A stretch of DNA of 57,257 nucleotides, taken from IMG/VR virus record IMGVR_UViG_3300038393_002601, positions 1 through 57,257 of that record; one strand, written 5' to 3'. Below are positions 17,379 to 26,098 of the stretch, in pieces (position 1 is the stretch's first letter; each line of letters opens with the position of its first letter). The notes beneath the pieces were generated by a model that was not told the DNA's origin, did no database searches, and worked only from the letters and a program-made list of their open reading frames with translations. The translations under genes were made by a program, and so were the position numbers. This stretch comes from a virus. Taxonomy: Duplodnaviria; Caudoviricetes.

Positions 17379-19363
17379 AAAAGATAGATGATGATTTATT
17401 AATACAATTAATTCAACAAGCGAAAGATGGCGATCGGGAAGCAATAGCACGTTTCTTGGAAGAATGTAAGTCTATTGTTCGAAAGGCGATCAATAAGACA
17501 CGAATTTATGTCACCGGGTTTTCTTCTGATGATTTATTCCAAGAAGGCATGCTAACGATTTATGAAGACATGTTTGATTTTGATCCAACAAAAGGGATAC
17601 CAAGTTTATTCTTTTACATGTGTGTAAAGAAAAGACTACTTGCTTTAATTACTAAGTCTGCAAACCATAAGAATTCGGTTTTAAATAGCAGTTGCTCATT
17701 GGACAGCCCCATGAAAGAGGATGGAGATACGTTTTACGCTATGACCTCCGCAGATGATGCGTATGGCACGCAAAGTTTAATCTATCAAGATCCTGCGAAG
17801 TGCTTGGACGTAAAGGAATCGTTACACCTTGCTAGAGATTTTTTTCAGAACAAATGCACGGATAAGGAGCGGAAAATCTATGAGCTTTCTGTGGAGGGTT
17901 TTTCATATCAGCAGATTGCCGAAAAGCTCCAGCTTCGCAATAAGAAAACCGTAGATAACACGATTCAACGGGTACGTAAGAAACTTGGCAACTGCGATTT
18001 TGAAAATTATCAACCTGAATCGATTGAAAATCCTGTTAAGGAGAAAAAGAAATCCATGAAAAAGTTTGATAATGATCTGTTATCCGAATGGATTCCAAAA
18101 GCTAAAAATCGCGACCGTTTTGCCATGAAAGCTATTTTAGATATGGCTACTCCTTTTGTAGAAGGTTTCATACGAAAGAAAGGATATTATGCCAAAGGTT
18201 CTGAGTTTGAAGATTTGGTTCAAGAAGGTTTAATTGCAGTAACAAAAGCAGTCGAACAATATGATTCAGATAAAGGAGTCGTACCTTCTTCTTTTATGGC
18301 CATGGTGATCGAACGGGCTTTGGCTTCTGCCTTAATAGCGGCAAACCGTAAAAAACACCAAGTTCTTAGTGATTCTGCCTCGCTTGATAAACCAGCAGCC
18401 GAAGATTCGAATTACAATCACTCATTAGTAGATACAATCACATATGAAATTGAAACCTATGATCCGTATTCCTTAATGTATGATGATCCAGCAAGCAGCC
18501 TTGAAATGCAAGAGATCCTGGAGCAGGCTCAAGACTATTTGAACTATCATTGTTCAAAAACCGAAAAACAAATCTTTGATCTTCATCTTCATGCATGTAG
18601 TTACACTGAAATTGGAGAACAACTGAATGTAACGAATAAAGCAATTGATAACGCGATTCAGCGAGTAAAAAGGAAATTAAGGGATTTTAAACCTTATGAT
18701 GTACCTGATACACCGCCTACAAAGATTCAAAAATCGGAGGAGAAATCGATGCGACTAATGAAAGAAGATACATTTCGTTTAATGGAACTGCTTCTGCTGC
18801 CTAAAGAGCAAAGGTCACAAAGGTTGGATGACCTGCGAGAACAATTTGGTGCAGATCTGCTGAAACGAAATCGCTCAAATTTAAAAACACTGGGTTATGT
18901 TGAAGGTTCTGGCGATTATTGCGAATGTGACTTAACCGATAAAGGTCGAGAACGTTATGAAGCAAATAAACATCGATTCTCTTCGATCCTATCGTCCGTT
19001 AGCAGTAATACGATTGAAGAATCATTTGAAAATGTTAAGCACGCTTTAAACAAAACTGGCGAAAAGTTAGGAGAAGTGGCTACGGAAATCAGTGGAAAGA
19101 TGTCTCAAGCCGTATCTCAAATCGCGGATTATGTATCTACGCCTTCTCAAGTAGAAAAAGTAGAAATCGTTGAAAAAACCGAACCCGATAAAGTAGTTGA
19201 AATCCCAATGAATAACTCAACGGACCAGCTCATGCTGTTGCTAAGACAAAATTTCGAGGAAAAAGATCGTGAAATTGCAGCTTTGAAAGAACAAGTTGAA
19301 TCGTTGCAATCTACATTACGTGAAGTAAAAAGTGTATTTGAAAAAATAAATATAGCGATTTAA
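17375..19363 (+). CDS. Fusion of two SigH-like sigma domains plus C-terminal wHTH/coiled-coil domain
   Basis: Two complete SigH-like units (residues ~1-215 and ~228-440), then LK.LGYV....LTDKGR wing motif and coiled coil; internal RBS+ATG at 18056 and 18749. Confidence 0.85.
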   Translation: MKKIDDDLLIQLIQQAKDGDREAIARFLEECKSIVRKAINKTRIYVTGFSSDDLFQEGMLTIYEDMFDFDPTKGIPSLFFYMCVKKRLLALITKSANHKNSVLNSSCSLDSPMKEDGDTFYAMTSADDAYGTQSLIYQDPAKCLDVKESLHLARDFFQNKCTDKERKIYELSVEGFSYQQIAEKLQLRNKKTVDNTIQRVRKKLGNCDFENYQPESIENPVKEKKKSMKKFDNDLLSEWIPKAKNRDRFAMKAILDMATPFVEGFIRKKGYYAKGSEFEDLVQEGLIAVTKAVEQYDSDKGVVPSSFMAMVIERALASALIAANRKKHQVLSDSASLDKPAAEDSNYNHSLVDTITYEIETYDPYSLMYDDPASSLEMQEILEQAQDYLNYHCSKTEKQIFDLHLHACSYTEIGEQLNVTNKAIDNAIQRVKRKLRDFKPYDVPDTPPTKIQKSEEKSMRLMKEDTFRLMELLLLPKEQRSQRLDDLREQFGADLLKRNRSNLKTLGYVEGSGDYCECDLTDKGRERYEANKHRFSSILSSVSSNTIEESFENVKHALNKTGEKLGEVATEISGKMSQAVSQIADYVSTPSQVEKVEIVEKTEPDKVVEIPMNNSTDQLMLLLRQNFEEKDREIAALKEQVESLQSTLREVKSVFEKINIAI

Positions 19364-19376
19364 ATAGAAGCTCAAG

Positions 19377-19414
19377 CCACGCTGAAATCGGTCATTTAGC
19401 GTGGATATTTTTTT
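19377..19414 (+). terminator. Intrinsic terminator
   Basis: CCACGCTGAA/TTTAGCGTGG stem + T tract. Confidence 0.7.
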
Positions 19415-19422
19415 ATTAAAAA

Positions 19423-19447
19423 AGGATTCTTTAAATCTCTTGACAAT
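19423..19447 (+). promoter_or_regulatory. SigH-like promoter candidate
   Basis: AGGA-N17-CAAT immediately after the terminator. Confidence 0.5.
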
Positions 19448-19475
19448 ACAAAGATATCAAGTTCCTAGGGGTACC

Positions 19476-19790
19476 ATGAAAATTATTGAAATGGAAACAC
19501 ATAGTGTTCGAATGGTTGATCATCGGAGAGATATTGTCTATGACTTTCCTATGTTATCGCTAACCATTGAATTCATGGAAGATCATCATGAATTTGAAAT
19601 CGTTAGAGAAGAAAATATCCCTGAGTTAGATAGAAAATATTACTTTTACTATGAAGGCTACGCCATAAGGCATCGTAAAAGTTATGACTTAAATGGAATT
19701 TACAAGTCTATCAACTTCGACTTTACGCCACTTATTCCTAAAGTGGTGAATGAAGTACCAGAAACAAGACTTCAGCTTTTATTTTTGTAA
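19476..19790 (+). CDS. RL-tail family protein (PETRL subfamily)
   Basis: Ends NEVPETRLQLLFL; paralog of 20083. Confidence 0.75.
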   Translation: MKIIEMETHSVRMVDHRRDIVYDFPMLSLTIEFMEDHHEFEIVREENIPELDRKYYFYYEGYAIRHRKSYDLNGIYKSINFDFTPLIPKVVNEVPETRLQLLFL

Positions 19791-19813
19791 CTAACTTTAA
19801 GGAGTGATTAGCC

Positions 19814-20086
19814 TTGTTGTATTGGAAAGATGGTAGGGATTTATTCGAATGGGAAGCGTCACGCGAATTCGAAGAAGTGGCAACAACACTGATTGATCAT
19901 GGTTACAAAGATGCTGCGAAAGAAGTGCTAAATCTAAAATACACGATCGAACAAGCCATTGTGCGTGCAGATGTGTTGTTTGAGCGTTTGAAAGGTGTTA
20001 TTCAAGCTGCTGAAAAAGTAGAGGATGGGAATTGGAATAAAGATGCTCTTGTTAAAGCTGTAAATGAATATAGGGGCGAGAAATGA
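19814..20086 (+). CDS. Hypothetical phage protein
   Basis: RBS AAGGAG, helical 90 aa. Confidence 0.7.
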   Translation: MLYWKDGRDLFEWEASREFEEVATTLIDHGYKDAAKEVLNLKYTIEQAIVRADVLFERLKGVIQAAEKVEDGNWNKDALVKAVNEYRGEK

Positions 20087-20406
20087 TATTAAAAATCATA
20101 TCAGTTGTTAAAGGAACGGCAAGGATAGATTCCTTCAACATAAACACCAATAGTTATGATCACTTTGAATATCCTTATTTACATCTTAAATTCGAATTAA
20201 ATGGAGAAGAACATGAACTAAGGATTTCAAGGAAAGAAGTTATTCCCAATTTCGATAAAAATGAGCATTTATTCTTCGAAAAGTTTGCATTTTCATTTCC
20301 AGCGAGTATGAATAAAGATCCTCAAGAATTGTATTTTTATATTCCATGGTTGGATCAAATCATTAATGAATTTCCAGAAACGAGACTGGCACTATTATTC
20401 TTATAA
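20083..20406 (+). CDS. RL-tail family protein (PETRL subfamily)
   Basis: Ends NEFPETRLALLFL. Confidence 0.75.
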   Translation: MILKIISVVKGTARIDSFNINTNSYDHFEYPYLHLKFELNGEEHELRISRKEVIPNFDKNEHLFFEKFAFSFPASMNKDPQELYFYIPWLDQIINEFPETRLALLFL

Positions 20407-20464
20407 CATGTTGTTATTCAGTAACACTGAACAGTAATAATTAACATATTAGGAGGTTTATATT

Positions 20465-20692
20465 ATGTTAGAAAAAAATCAGGAACAACCCTCGCATTAT
20501 ACTGTTATGTTGCACGTTGATTCCCTGATAGAACCGATTGTATTACCTGAGTTTGACGAGGCCGGTGCACAAATGATTTTGTCTTGGTTTCGTCGGAATA
20601 CGAATCAAGTGCTTGAGATTAATCGCGGAGATGCGTTGTTGTTGATTGACCGCGAGAAGACGTCTAGCGTTACCATTACACGTTCCAACTAG
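20465..20692 (+). CDS. Hypothetical protein
   Basis: RBS AGGAGG, 75 aa. Confidence 0.7.
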   Translation: MLEKNQEQPSHYTVMLHVDSLIEPIVLPEFDEAGAQMILSWFRRNTNQVLEINRGDALLLIDREKTSSVTITRSN

Positions 20693-20704
20693 GGGGATTC
20701 ACCA

Positions 20705-21193
20705 ATGAAAGTCTTCCTGGTTGTCTGCGAAACAAGCGATCAAGTCAAACTCGCTTATAAAAGGTTTAAAGATACCGCTACTGAAGGGTACTGCTTTGTA
20801 AATAAGTATCAACTATTTTGTGGTCTACGTGTTAATTGCTACCGACCAAGCGAAATTATTGATTTAACCAATGGAATTCAAAATGAGAGAGATGCCGATT
20901 GGTGGATGACTGTCATACTCGGGAGTTTAGAACCAGAAGCATATGAAAGATATCGAGGAGAGATGAATATGCAGGGGAAAAAATTCAATCACGCAATATT
21001 GACGAAATCGAAGCGAGAAAACGGTTGGCACTTATCAGTGATGAGCCAGGCTTTGAACCATACATCGTATTACACGGTAGACGTAGATGATGATTTCGTG
21101 ATTCAAGAATTCTCACCAGAACGCCTTGAAATGGAACGGGATTTACAAATAGCCTTGAAGCCTTATCGGTTAAAGCAACTGTTAGGAGGGTAG
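20705..21193 (+). CDS. Apparent two-gene fusion; C-terminal half is an RL-tail subfamily B protein
   Basis: Internal GAGGAG at 20955-20960 and in-frame ATG at 20969; ends ALKPYRLKQLLGG. Confidence 0.7.
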   Translation: MKVFLVVCETSDQVKLAYKRFKDTATEGYCFVNKYQLFCGLRVNCYRPSEIIDLTNGIQNERDADWWMTVILGSLEPEAYERYRGEMNMQGKKFNHAILTKSKRENGWHLSVMSQALNHTSYYTVDVDDDFVIQEFSPERLEMERDLQIALKPYRLKQLLGG

Positions 21194-21195
21194 TT

Positions 21196-21585
21196 ATGAA
21201 AAATTTTAGTCAAGAATGGCTTCGTCAAATGAGGATTACCAATCGAGCATTAGAAGTGTTCATGGATCTTAAGAAAAATGGTTCCATTGAGGAAAAACTC
21301 AATTATTTATTCCGGTTACTTCCCATCAAGTGCGAACAGGACTTGCTTCATGCATATTGGATTCAATTTGATGATGTGAAAAATTTAAATGATTTAAAAC
21401 ATGCAACTCCTGCTTCGGAGATTTTACGAGTGGCTTATCATGATTTAGAAATCGATTATCATTTTTTACCCGCAAACGTTGAAAAATCCGAGAGCGATAT
21501 TGATTTCCGTTTTACCTCCGAGGATGTTGAGAAGTGGGTCGATGATGAATTTGATGATTTCGAGGACGGTGAAATCGATGAATAA
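21196..21585 (+). CDS. Hypothetical protein with acidic tail
   Basis: RBS AGGAGG, 129 aa. Confidence 0.7.
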   Translation: MKNFSQEWLRQMRITNRALEVFMDLKKNGSIEEKLNYLFRLLPIKCEQDLLHAYWIQFDDVKNLNDLKHATPASEILRVAYHDLEIDYHFLPANVEKSESDIDFRFTSEDVEKWVDDEFDDFEDGEIDE

Positions 21586-21841
21586 AGTGGACTGGTTACT
21601 GACTGAACAAGGGGAAACCGACGTCTTTATGCTTGGGTATGACGAGAAGAATCGCAAATGGTGTTATCTTTCCTATCCAAAAGACGAAGACCCTAACCCA
21701 ACGGAACTATATAAATCCATGTTGGTTCTGGATAAAAAGGCCATGTACACCCATTTAAAACGGTTTTATTTATTCAGTGAAGATGAATTACAGGTGGAAT
21801 TTGCGGAGCAAGCGATGAACCTTCTAGAAGAAAAGCCATGA
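21578..21841 (+). CDS. Hypothetical protein
   Basis: ATG overlapping upstream stop; 87 aa. Confidence 0.65.
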   Translation: MNKVDWLLTEQGETDVFMLGYDEKNRKWCYLSYPKDEDPNPTELYKSMLVLDKKAMYTHLKRFYLFSEDELQVEFAEQAMNLLEEKP

Positions 21842-21879
21842 TACATCTAAAGAAATTGAACAGCAAGGAGGGGTTATAA

Positions 21880-22230
21880 ATGGCTAGGGTGAAAGTGGAC
21901 ATTCATAAACTAGCAAGACGCTTGGAAGAGCGGTATGATTACACCGTTGATGGTGTTAAAAACTTTTTAAAAGATTTGGGTAAACTACAAACCCAACGTA
22001 TCACAAACATTGAAATTACTTTGTTATGCATTGATTTTGAACAGGCAGTAGAAATGGCTGAATTGTCTGATCGTGAACGAGAAACGTTGTATCAGCGATA
22101 TATTCTCAGATACACGCAAAAACATGTTGCGAAATCTCTAGGGATCACTCGCCGATCGGTACAAATCTATGAAAAACGAGGGATTCAAAAATTAGTAGAT
22201 GCCCTGACGGGGAGTGATGCTAATGTTTAG
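21880..22230 (+). CDS. Sigma70 region-4 HTH protein, probable late-gene activator
   Basis: LSDRERETL...YTQKHVAKSLGITRRSV; near the end of the early operon. Confidence 0.75.
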   Translation: MARVKVDIHKLARRLEERYDYTVDGVKNFLKDLGKLQTQRITNIEITLLCIDFEQAVEMAELSDRERETLYQRYILRYTQKHVAKSLGITRRSVQIYEKRGIQKLVDALTGSDANV

Positions 22231-22531
22231 TAACGATCCCGCTGTTGCAAGAATTGAACTGTTAACTATCATTCAAGCGTTACATAAAGAAGAAGAAAAG
22301 CCAGAATTAGAATTACGAAAAAAACAAGTCGAATCGATCCTCGAACATTACTGGAACGCCACTGGCGAAAATCCAATCCCCTACGCACGCCACCGACTTG
22401 CAGATTATCTTCTCATTGATCATCTAACCGATACCAACAAACGACACCGCAAAAACTACTTTCAATCGAAGAAACAAGAAAAAAAGAAACAGCTCAAAGA
22501 GCTGCCGTCTGAACGTAATTTAGATATATAA
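22223..22531 (+). CDS. Conserved phage hypothetical protein
   Basis: RLADYLL.D.LTD motif, coupled to the region-4 protein. Confidence 0.65.
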   Translation: MFSNDPAVARIELLTIIQALHKEEEKPELELRKKQVESILEHYWNATGENPIPYARHRLADYLLIDHLTDTNKRHRKNYFQSKKQEKKKQLKELPSERNLDI

Positions 22532-22539
22532 AGTATCGA

Positions 22540-22665
22540 TTATAACAAAACCTTTTTATCAACGAGAAGACCATCCTCGTTCATATAATAAATTCTTATG
22601 GCGTTTTCGTACAGTTGCTTTAATTCCCATTGTTCTTGGTTTAGACGTTTCCTGTGTGTTGGCAT
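22540..22665 (-). CDS. 41-aa protein (not in ORF track)
   Basis: Strong RBS AAAGGAGG; MPTHRKRLNQEQWELKQLYENAIRIYYMNEDGLLVDKKVLL. Confidence 0.6.
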   Translation of the reverse strand: MPTHRKRLNQEQWELKQLYENAIRIYYMNEDGLLVDKKVLL

Positions 22666-22693
22666 GTGGTGGTTTCCTCCTTTGCACTCCATT

Positions 22694-22722
22694 AGTATAT
22701 GCATAAATCACCATAAATATAC
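22694..22722 (-). promoter_or_regulatory. Candidate sporulation-sigma (sigE/sigG-like) promoter
   Basis: GTATATT-N14-CATATACT just upstream of the 41-aa gene. Confidence 0.4.
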
Positions 22723-22773
22723 ATATCAGTACATATGAACACTGAATATGTTCATATAAAAGGTTCATAAAAT

Positions 22774-22818
22774 AAAAAAAGCCCCGTTGGACATTCTATC
22801 CAACGGGGTAACTTTTTT
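22774..22818. terminator. Terminator, probably ending the late transcript
   Basis: CCCCGTTGGA/TCCAACGGGG stem with A7 and T tracts. Confidence 0.75.
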
Positions 22819-22840
22819 ATTTAAAAATACAAAAAAATGA

Positions 22841-22868
22841 TTGCATTTTTTAAAAATGCAACTATAAC
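22841..22868 (+). promoter_or_regulatory. SigA-type promoter overlapped by a palindrome
   Basis: TTGCAT-N16-TATAAC; TTGCATTTTT-T-AAAAATGCAA dyad 22841-22861. Confidence 0.5.
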
Positions 22869-22896
22869 GAGGGTACATTGAAAAGGAGAGGATACG

Positions 22897-23088
22897 ATGA
22901 AAAAACAATATAAATATCAAATTATTGGTCTGCTTACTTCGCTCATATTATTTGCTGTGCTTGTTTCACTATTTCCAAAAGAAACCTTACAAAAAAGTCA
23001 TGCAACTATCGCTATAAGCTCTAGCATACCATTTCTTATTTTTATGATCATAGGAGATGAGGTAGACGATGCTCAAAGAAAAGATTAA
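22897..23088 (+). CDS. Small two-TM membrane protein (moron)
   Basis: RBS AAAGGAGAGG; two hydrophobic segments. Confidence 0.7.
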   Translation: MKKQYKYQIIGLLTSLILFAVLVSLFPKETLQKSHATIAISSSIPFLIFMIIGDEVDDAQRKD

Positions 23089-23206
23089 TCAACTGAATGA
23101 AATGGCCGAAAAACTAGATAAGATGACTAAGGTCATGATGGAGGTTTCAGATAGTCTAAAAAGAATTAGAGAATCAGAAAAGGAAAAAGAGAAAGAAAAT
23201 AAGTGA
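23069..23206 (+). CDS. 45-aa coiled-coil protein (not in ORF track)
   Basis: RBS GAGGT; MLKEKINQLNEMAEKLDKM... Confidence 0.5.
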   Translation: MLKEKINQLNEMAEKLDKMTKVMMEVSDSLKRIRESEKEKEKENK

Positions 23207-23208
23207 TC

Positions 23209-23502
23209 CTAATTCTGGTTCAGCTTATTCTTGCACTCGTTATACAACTCTACAAAGATCGCTTCGAATACAGCAGCGGGTACAAACATTTTGATGTGCT
23301 TAGGAAATACATTATAGACCGTTTCCGCAAGGACATGAACTTGAACCTCTGCAGTCGTAAACAAGGTTTGTTCTGCTTTGCTTAAATACGTGAGAGCCAA
23401 AGTTTTTGCTTTGCCTGTCGCGTATTTTTTCACGAAAAAAACACCTGCAACCACGATCACAAGTGCCAGCACGTACCAGTATTCAATTATCAGGTTCATC
23501 AT
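23209..23502 (-). CDS. Holin-like membrane protein
   Basis: N-terminal TM; directly downstream of the endolysin. Confidence 0.6.
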   Translation of the reverse strand: MMNLIIEYWYVLALVIVVAGVFFVKKYATGKAKTLALTYLSKAEQTLFTTAEVQVHVLAETVYNVFPKHIKMFVPAAVFEAIFVELYNECKNKLNQN

Positions 23503-23516
23503 GCGAGATTTTCCTC

Positions 23517-24944
23517 CTATAAGCCTAGTAGTTTTTTAATAAAACTAGAAATCGTTTCATAAAGGCTTTGTTTTTCAGTTTGCGATAGCTGGCTGGTGTC
23601 ATTACCCTGGGTGTCATTTTTTAAAGGCGAATTTGAGGTATTTTCAGTAGGTTTGGTTTCCGAAGTGGAATCGGTTTGTAGTGAATTTTCTTGTGCAGGA
23701 GTTTGAACTGGTTTTTCAGGAGTCGTTTGAGGTGTGGGTACAACTTTCGGTGGATTCAAGTAGGCGTTTAATTTATCCTGGCCGCCCCAATCCTCACTTA
23801 ACCAAACAACAGAAGCATCTTTGATTTGTTTGACATACGAATGGTCGTATTTTTTTGCGTAATCAATTGCTGGATTGATGCCTAAGAAACTTTGTAGCTT
23901 GTTGTTGTTTTGATAGACGTCATAAACAGGTCCTGGGTAGTTGTTCCATACCCATGTCCCATCTGAAATTTGCCGAACACTCGCATGATCCCATTTCTTC
24001 GCTTCATTTTCTGCATCAGTTACGCTAGTGAAATCGCCCAATTTATTCTCATATTGATATACCGTATATTTTGGTTTTAATAATTCACCGAGTTTCGCCC
24101 ATGTTTGAGGTCCGCATACTGAATCAGCGGTTAACCCGTTTGCTTTTTGGAACGCTGCAAGAGCTGAAGCCGTGTTCAAGCCGAATTTTCCATCGGTCCC
24201 CTTCGTGTCAAATCCGAGCTTGGTTAAATCAGTTTGCAGTTCTGTAACAGCCGCACCACTGTCGCCTTGACGTAAGGTGGGATGCGAAACCGTCGCATTT
24301 ATCACGCTTAACGCAGGCTTTGCGAGAATAGCATCCAGCGATACCGCCACGTTTACATCGACATTTCCGCTAATTCCGTCTACTGTGCCTTTATCGGAGT
24401 ATTGCCAAACCGTCCAGCTCGTCCAGCCACCGCAATCGCTTGGGGCAGTGTTACGATAAGCACTCATCCATAATGGCAAGGAACTGAAGGCATTATGGAG
24501 CCCGTTGTATTGATTTACAAACCAACCACCGGTATACATCATCACTTGCTTTCCTGTGAGCTGTTGAACGTGAGTAATGAAATCACTCGCCCATTTGACG
24601 ATTTGGTTTATGTCTCCACTTCCATCTGCGGGCTCCTCGAGATCTAATACAGGAATCAAGTCACCATAATCGCCAGCAACGGACTTAATCGTGTTCACGA
24701 AAAAATCAGCTTGAGCGGTTGCATCTGCATTCGGTCTTGCGAAATGATAGAATCCAATCGGTAGGCCCACGCCTCGAGCACCTGCTACATACGTTTTAAG
24801 CATGGGATCCACGTACCCAGTAGATTCGGTTGCTTTCATATAAACGAATCTTACACCTGCCGCTTTTACCTTCGCCCAATCAATCGTGCCTTGATAATGG
24901 CTAACATCAATTCCAAAAGGATTACTAAATGTTTTATTTTGCAT
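23517..24944 (-). CDS. Endolysin: GH25 muramidase + PG_binding_1 + two repeats + low-complexity tail
   Basis: GIDVSHYQG, KATE, YHF, LDLE, WQY; LRQGDSG...DGKFG..T...FQ...GL. Confidence 0.92.
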   Translation of the reverse strand: MQNKTFSNPFGIDVSHYQGTIDWAKVKAAGVRFVYMKATESTGYVDPMLKTYVAGARGVGLPIGFYHFARPNADATAQADFFVNTIKSVAGDYGDLIPVLDLEEPADGSGDINQIVKWASDFITHVQQLTGKQVMMYTGGWFVNQYNGLHNAFSSLPLWMSAYRNTAPSDCGGWTSWTVWQYSDKGTVDGISGNVDVNVAVSLDAILAKPALSVINATVSHPTLRQGDSGAAVTELQTDLTKLGFDTKGTDGKFGLNTASALAAFQKANGLTADSVCGPQTWAKLGELLKPKYTVYQYENKLGDFTSVTDAENEAKKWDHASVRQISDGTWVWNNYPGPVYDVYQNNNKLQSFLGINPAIDYAKKYDHSYVKQIKDASVVWLSEDWGGQDKLNAYLNPPKVVPTPQTTPEKPVQTPAQENSLQTDSTSETKPTENTSNSPLKNDTQGNDTSQLSQTEKQSLYETISSFIKKLLGL

Positions 24945-25119
24945 TTGAATTCTCTCCCTTCTTATGATGCTTGTGGATTTGCTCTAGTCGGTAAACCGTC
25001 CAAAACCAAGGAACCGCCGAGATAATTTGAATCCAATTGGCCACTTTATCTATGCCAAACCGATAGCATAATCCCCCGAGAATTACTGCACCGATAGAAA
25101 AAACAAGTAGCTTAGTCAT
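24934..25119 (-). CDS. Small two-TM protein, holin-like
   Basis: 61 aa hydrophobic; overlaps the endolysin start. Confidence 0.55.
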   Translation of the reverse strand: MTKLLVFSIGAVILGGLCYRFGIDKVANWIQIISAVPWFWTVYRLEQIHKHHKKGENSNAK

Positions 25120-25609
25120 GGGAATCATCCGCTTTAAGGAGATGTTTTTGTGCATGATGATTGATGTGGTGCTCCTCGTGGCCTTTTTCTAGCATTTGAG
25201 CAACAGCTTTCTCAAACTTTTCGAGAGCTTCTGGTTTTAAATATTTTTGTAGAATCCAAGCTGGGTAGCTGATTTTATGAATTCCAAAGCCTGGGGCTCG
25301 ATGATGCTTTTCACAGAGAACTTGCATTTGGTATTTACAATCGACATCTAAGAAGTCTGGATGATCTGCATGCACCTTTTCCCAATCCACTTCACTTGCT
25401 GCTGAATATTCAACGATGCTGTGATGAACTTCTAAAGTCCCTTGGCAATGCCCGTTATTGATAAAACAAGGCGTATTCGCAGCATGCAATTCTTTTTTCA
25501 CTTTTCGAAACTCCGCCGATTCCGTTCTTGCTTCATGGTCTTCATAGTGAATCACTTCTTTGAGTGTTTCTACTTGATCATGGGCGGGTACAATTTTTTT
25601 CTCGCTCAT
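25112..25609 (-). CDS. His-rich HNH-like protein
   Basis: C....LEVHH....LCEKHHR....GIH pattern. Confidence 0.6.
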   Translation of the reverse strand: MSEKKIVPAHDQVETLKEVIHYEDHEARTESAEFRKVKKELHAANTPCFINNGHCQGTLEVHHSIVEYSAASEVDWEKVHADHPDFLDVDCKYQMQVLCEKHHRAPGFGIHKISYPAWILQKYLKPEALEKFEKAVAQMLEKGHEEHHINHHAQKHLLKADDSHD

Positions 25610-25611
25610 TT

Positions 25612-26088
25612 TTAATACCTCCCCACTTGTATGAGCTGATTGGATTCCAAAATGTCGTCTGGGCTAGGTAAAACGGTATCCGTTAATCGGATCCCAGCAT
25701 GCAAGTACGCATGAGAAACCAATGTCGAGCAAATAAAAACGCCCTCCCGTTCCTCTTGTGGAGGAACATGAAGGACGTATCGTTCAAATTCTTGCAATAT
25801 GGCTAAATAATCGTAGGAATCTCCCATATGGGATTGTAGAAACGAAACAATATCTGCTTGTTGCTTCGAGGTGATGGATGGATGGCGTAGTATTAATGAT
25901 TGATCTCGATACTCGTTTAGTAATTGATATCCTACGGTGCGAAAACCATCTGCTTCGATGAGTTGTTCATTTTTCGGATCTACAACAATTGCAACGTGGC
26001 TGGCGTATGAGTGTGTGATCATTTCAATCCCCAAGCCGATTAAACTTGTTCCATGCACAACGACAATATCGCCGATTTGTAGTTCCAT
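25612..26088 (-). CDS. Permuted papain-like NlpC/P60 (YiiX/YebB-like) amidase
   Basis: GDIV, SHVAI, G.SYD, FICSTLV..AY, P.D. Confidence 0.85.
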   Translation of the reverse strand: MELQIGDIVVVHGTSLIGLGIEMITHSYASHVAIVVDPKNEQLIEADGFRTVGYQLLNEYRDQSLILRHPSITSKQQADIVSFLQSHMGDSYDYLAILQEFERYVLHVPPQEEREGVFICSTLVSHAYLHAGIRLTDTVLPSPDDILESNQLIQVGRY

Positions 26089-26098
26089 ATTGTCCCTC

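Noticed and set aside
22559-22768. 69-aa - strand ORF from the track
   Set aside because: A different frame (22540-22665) has the strong RBS and is the better gene call
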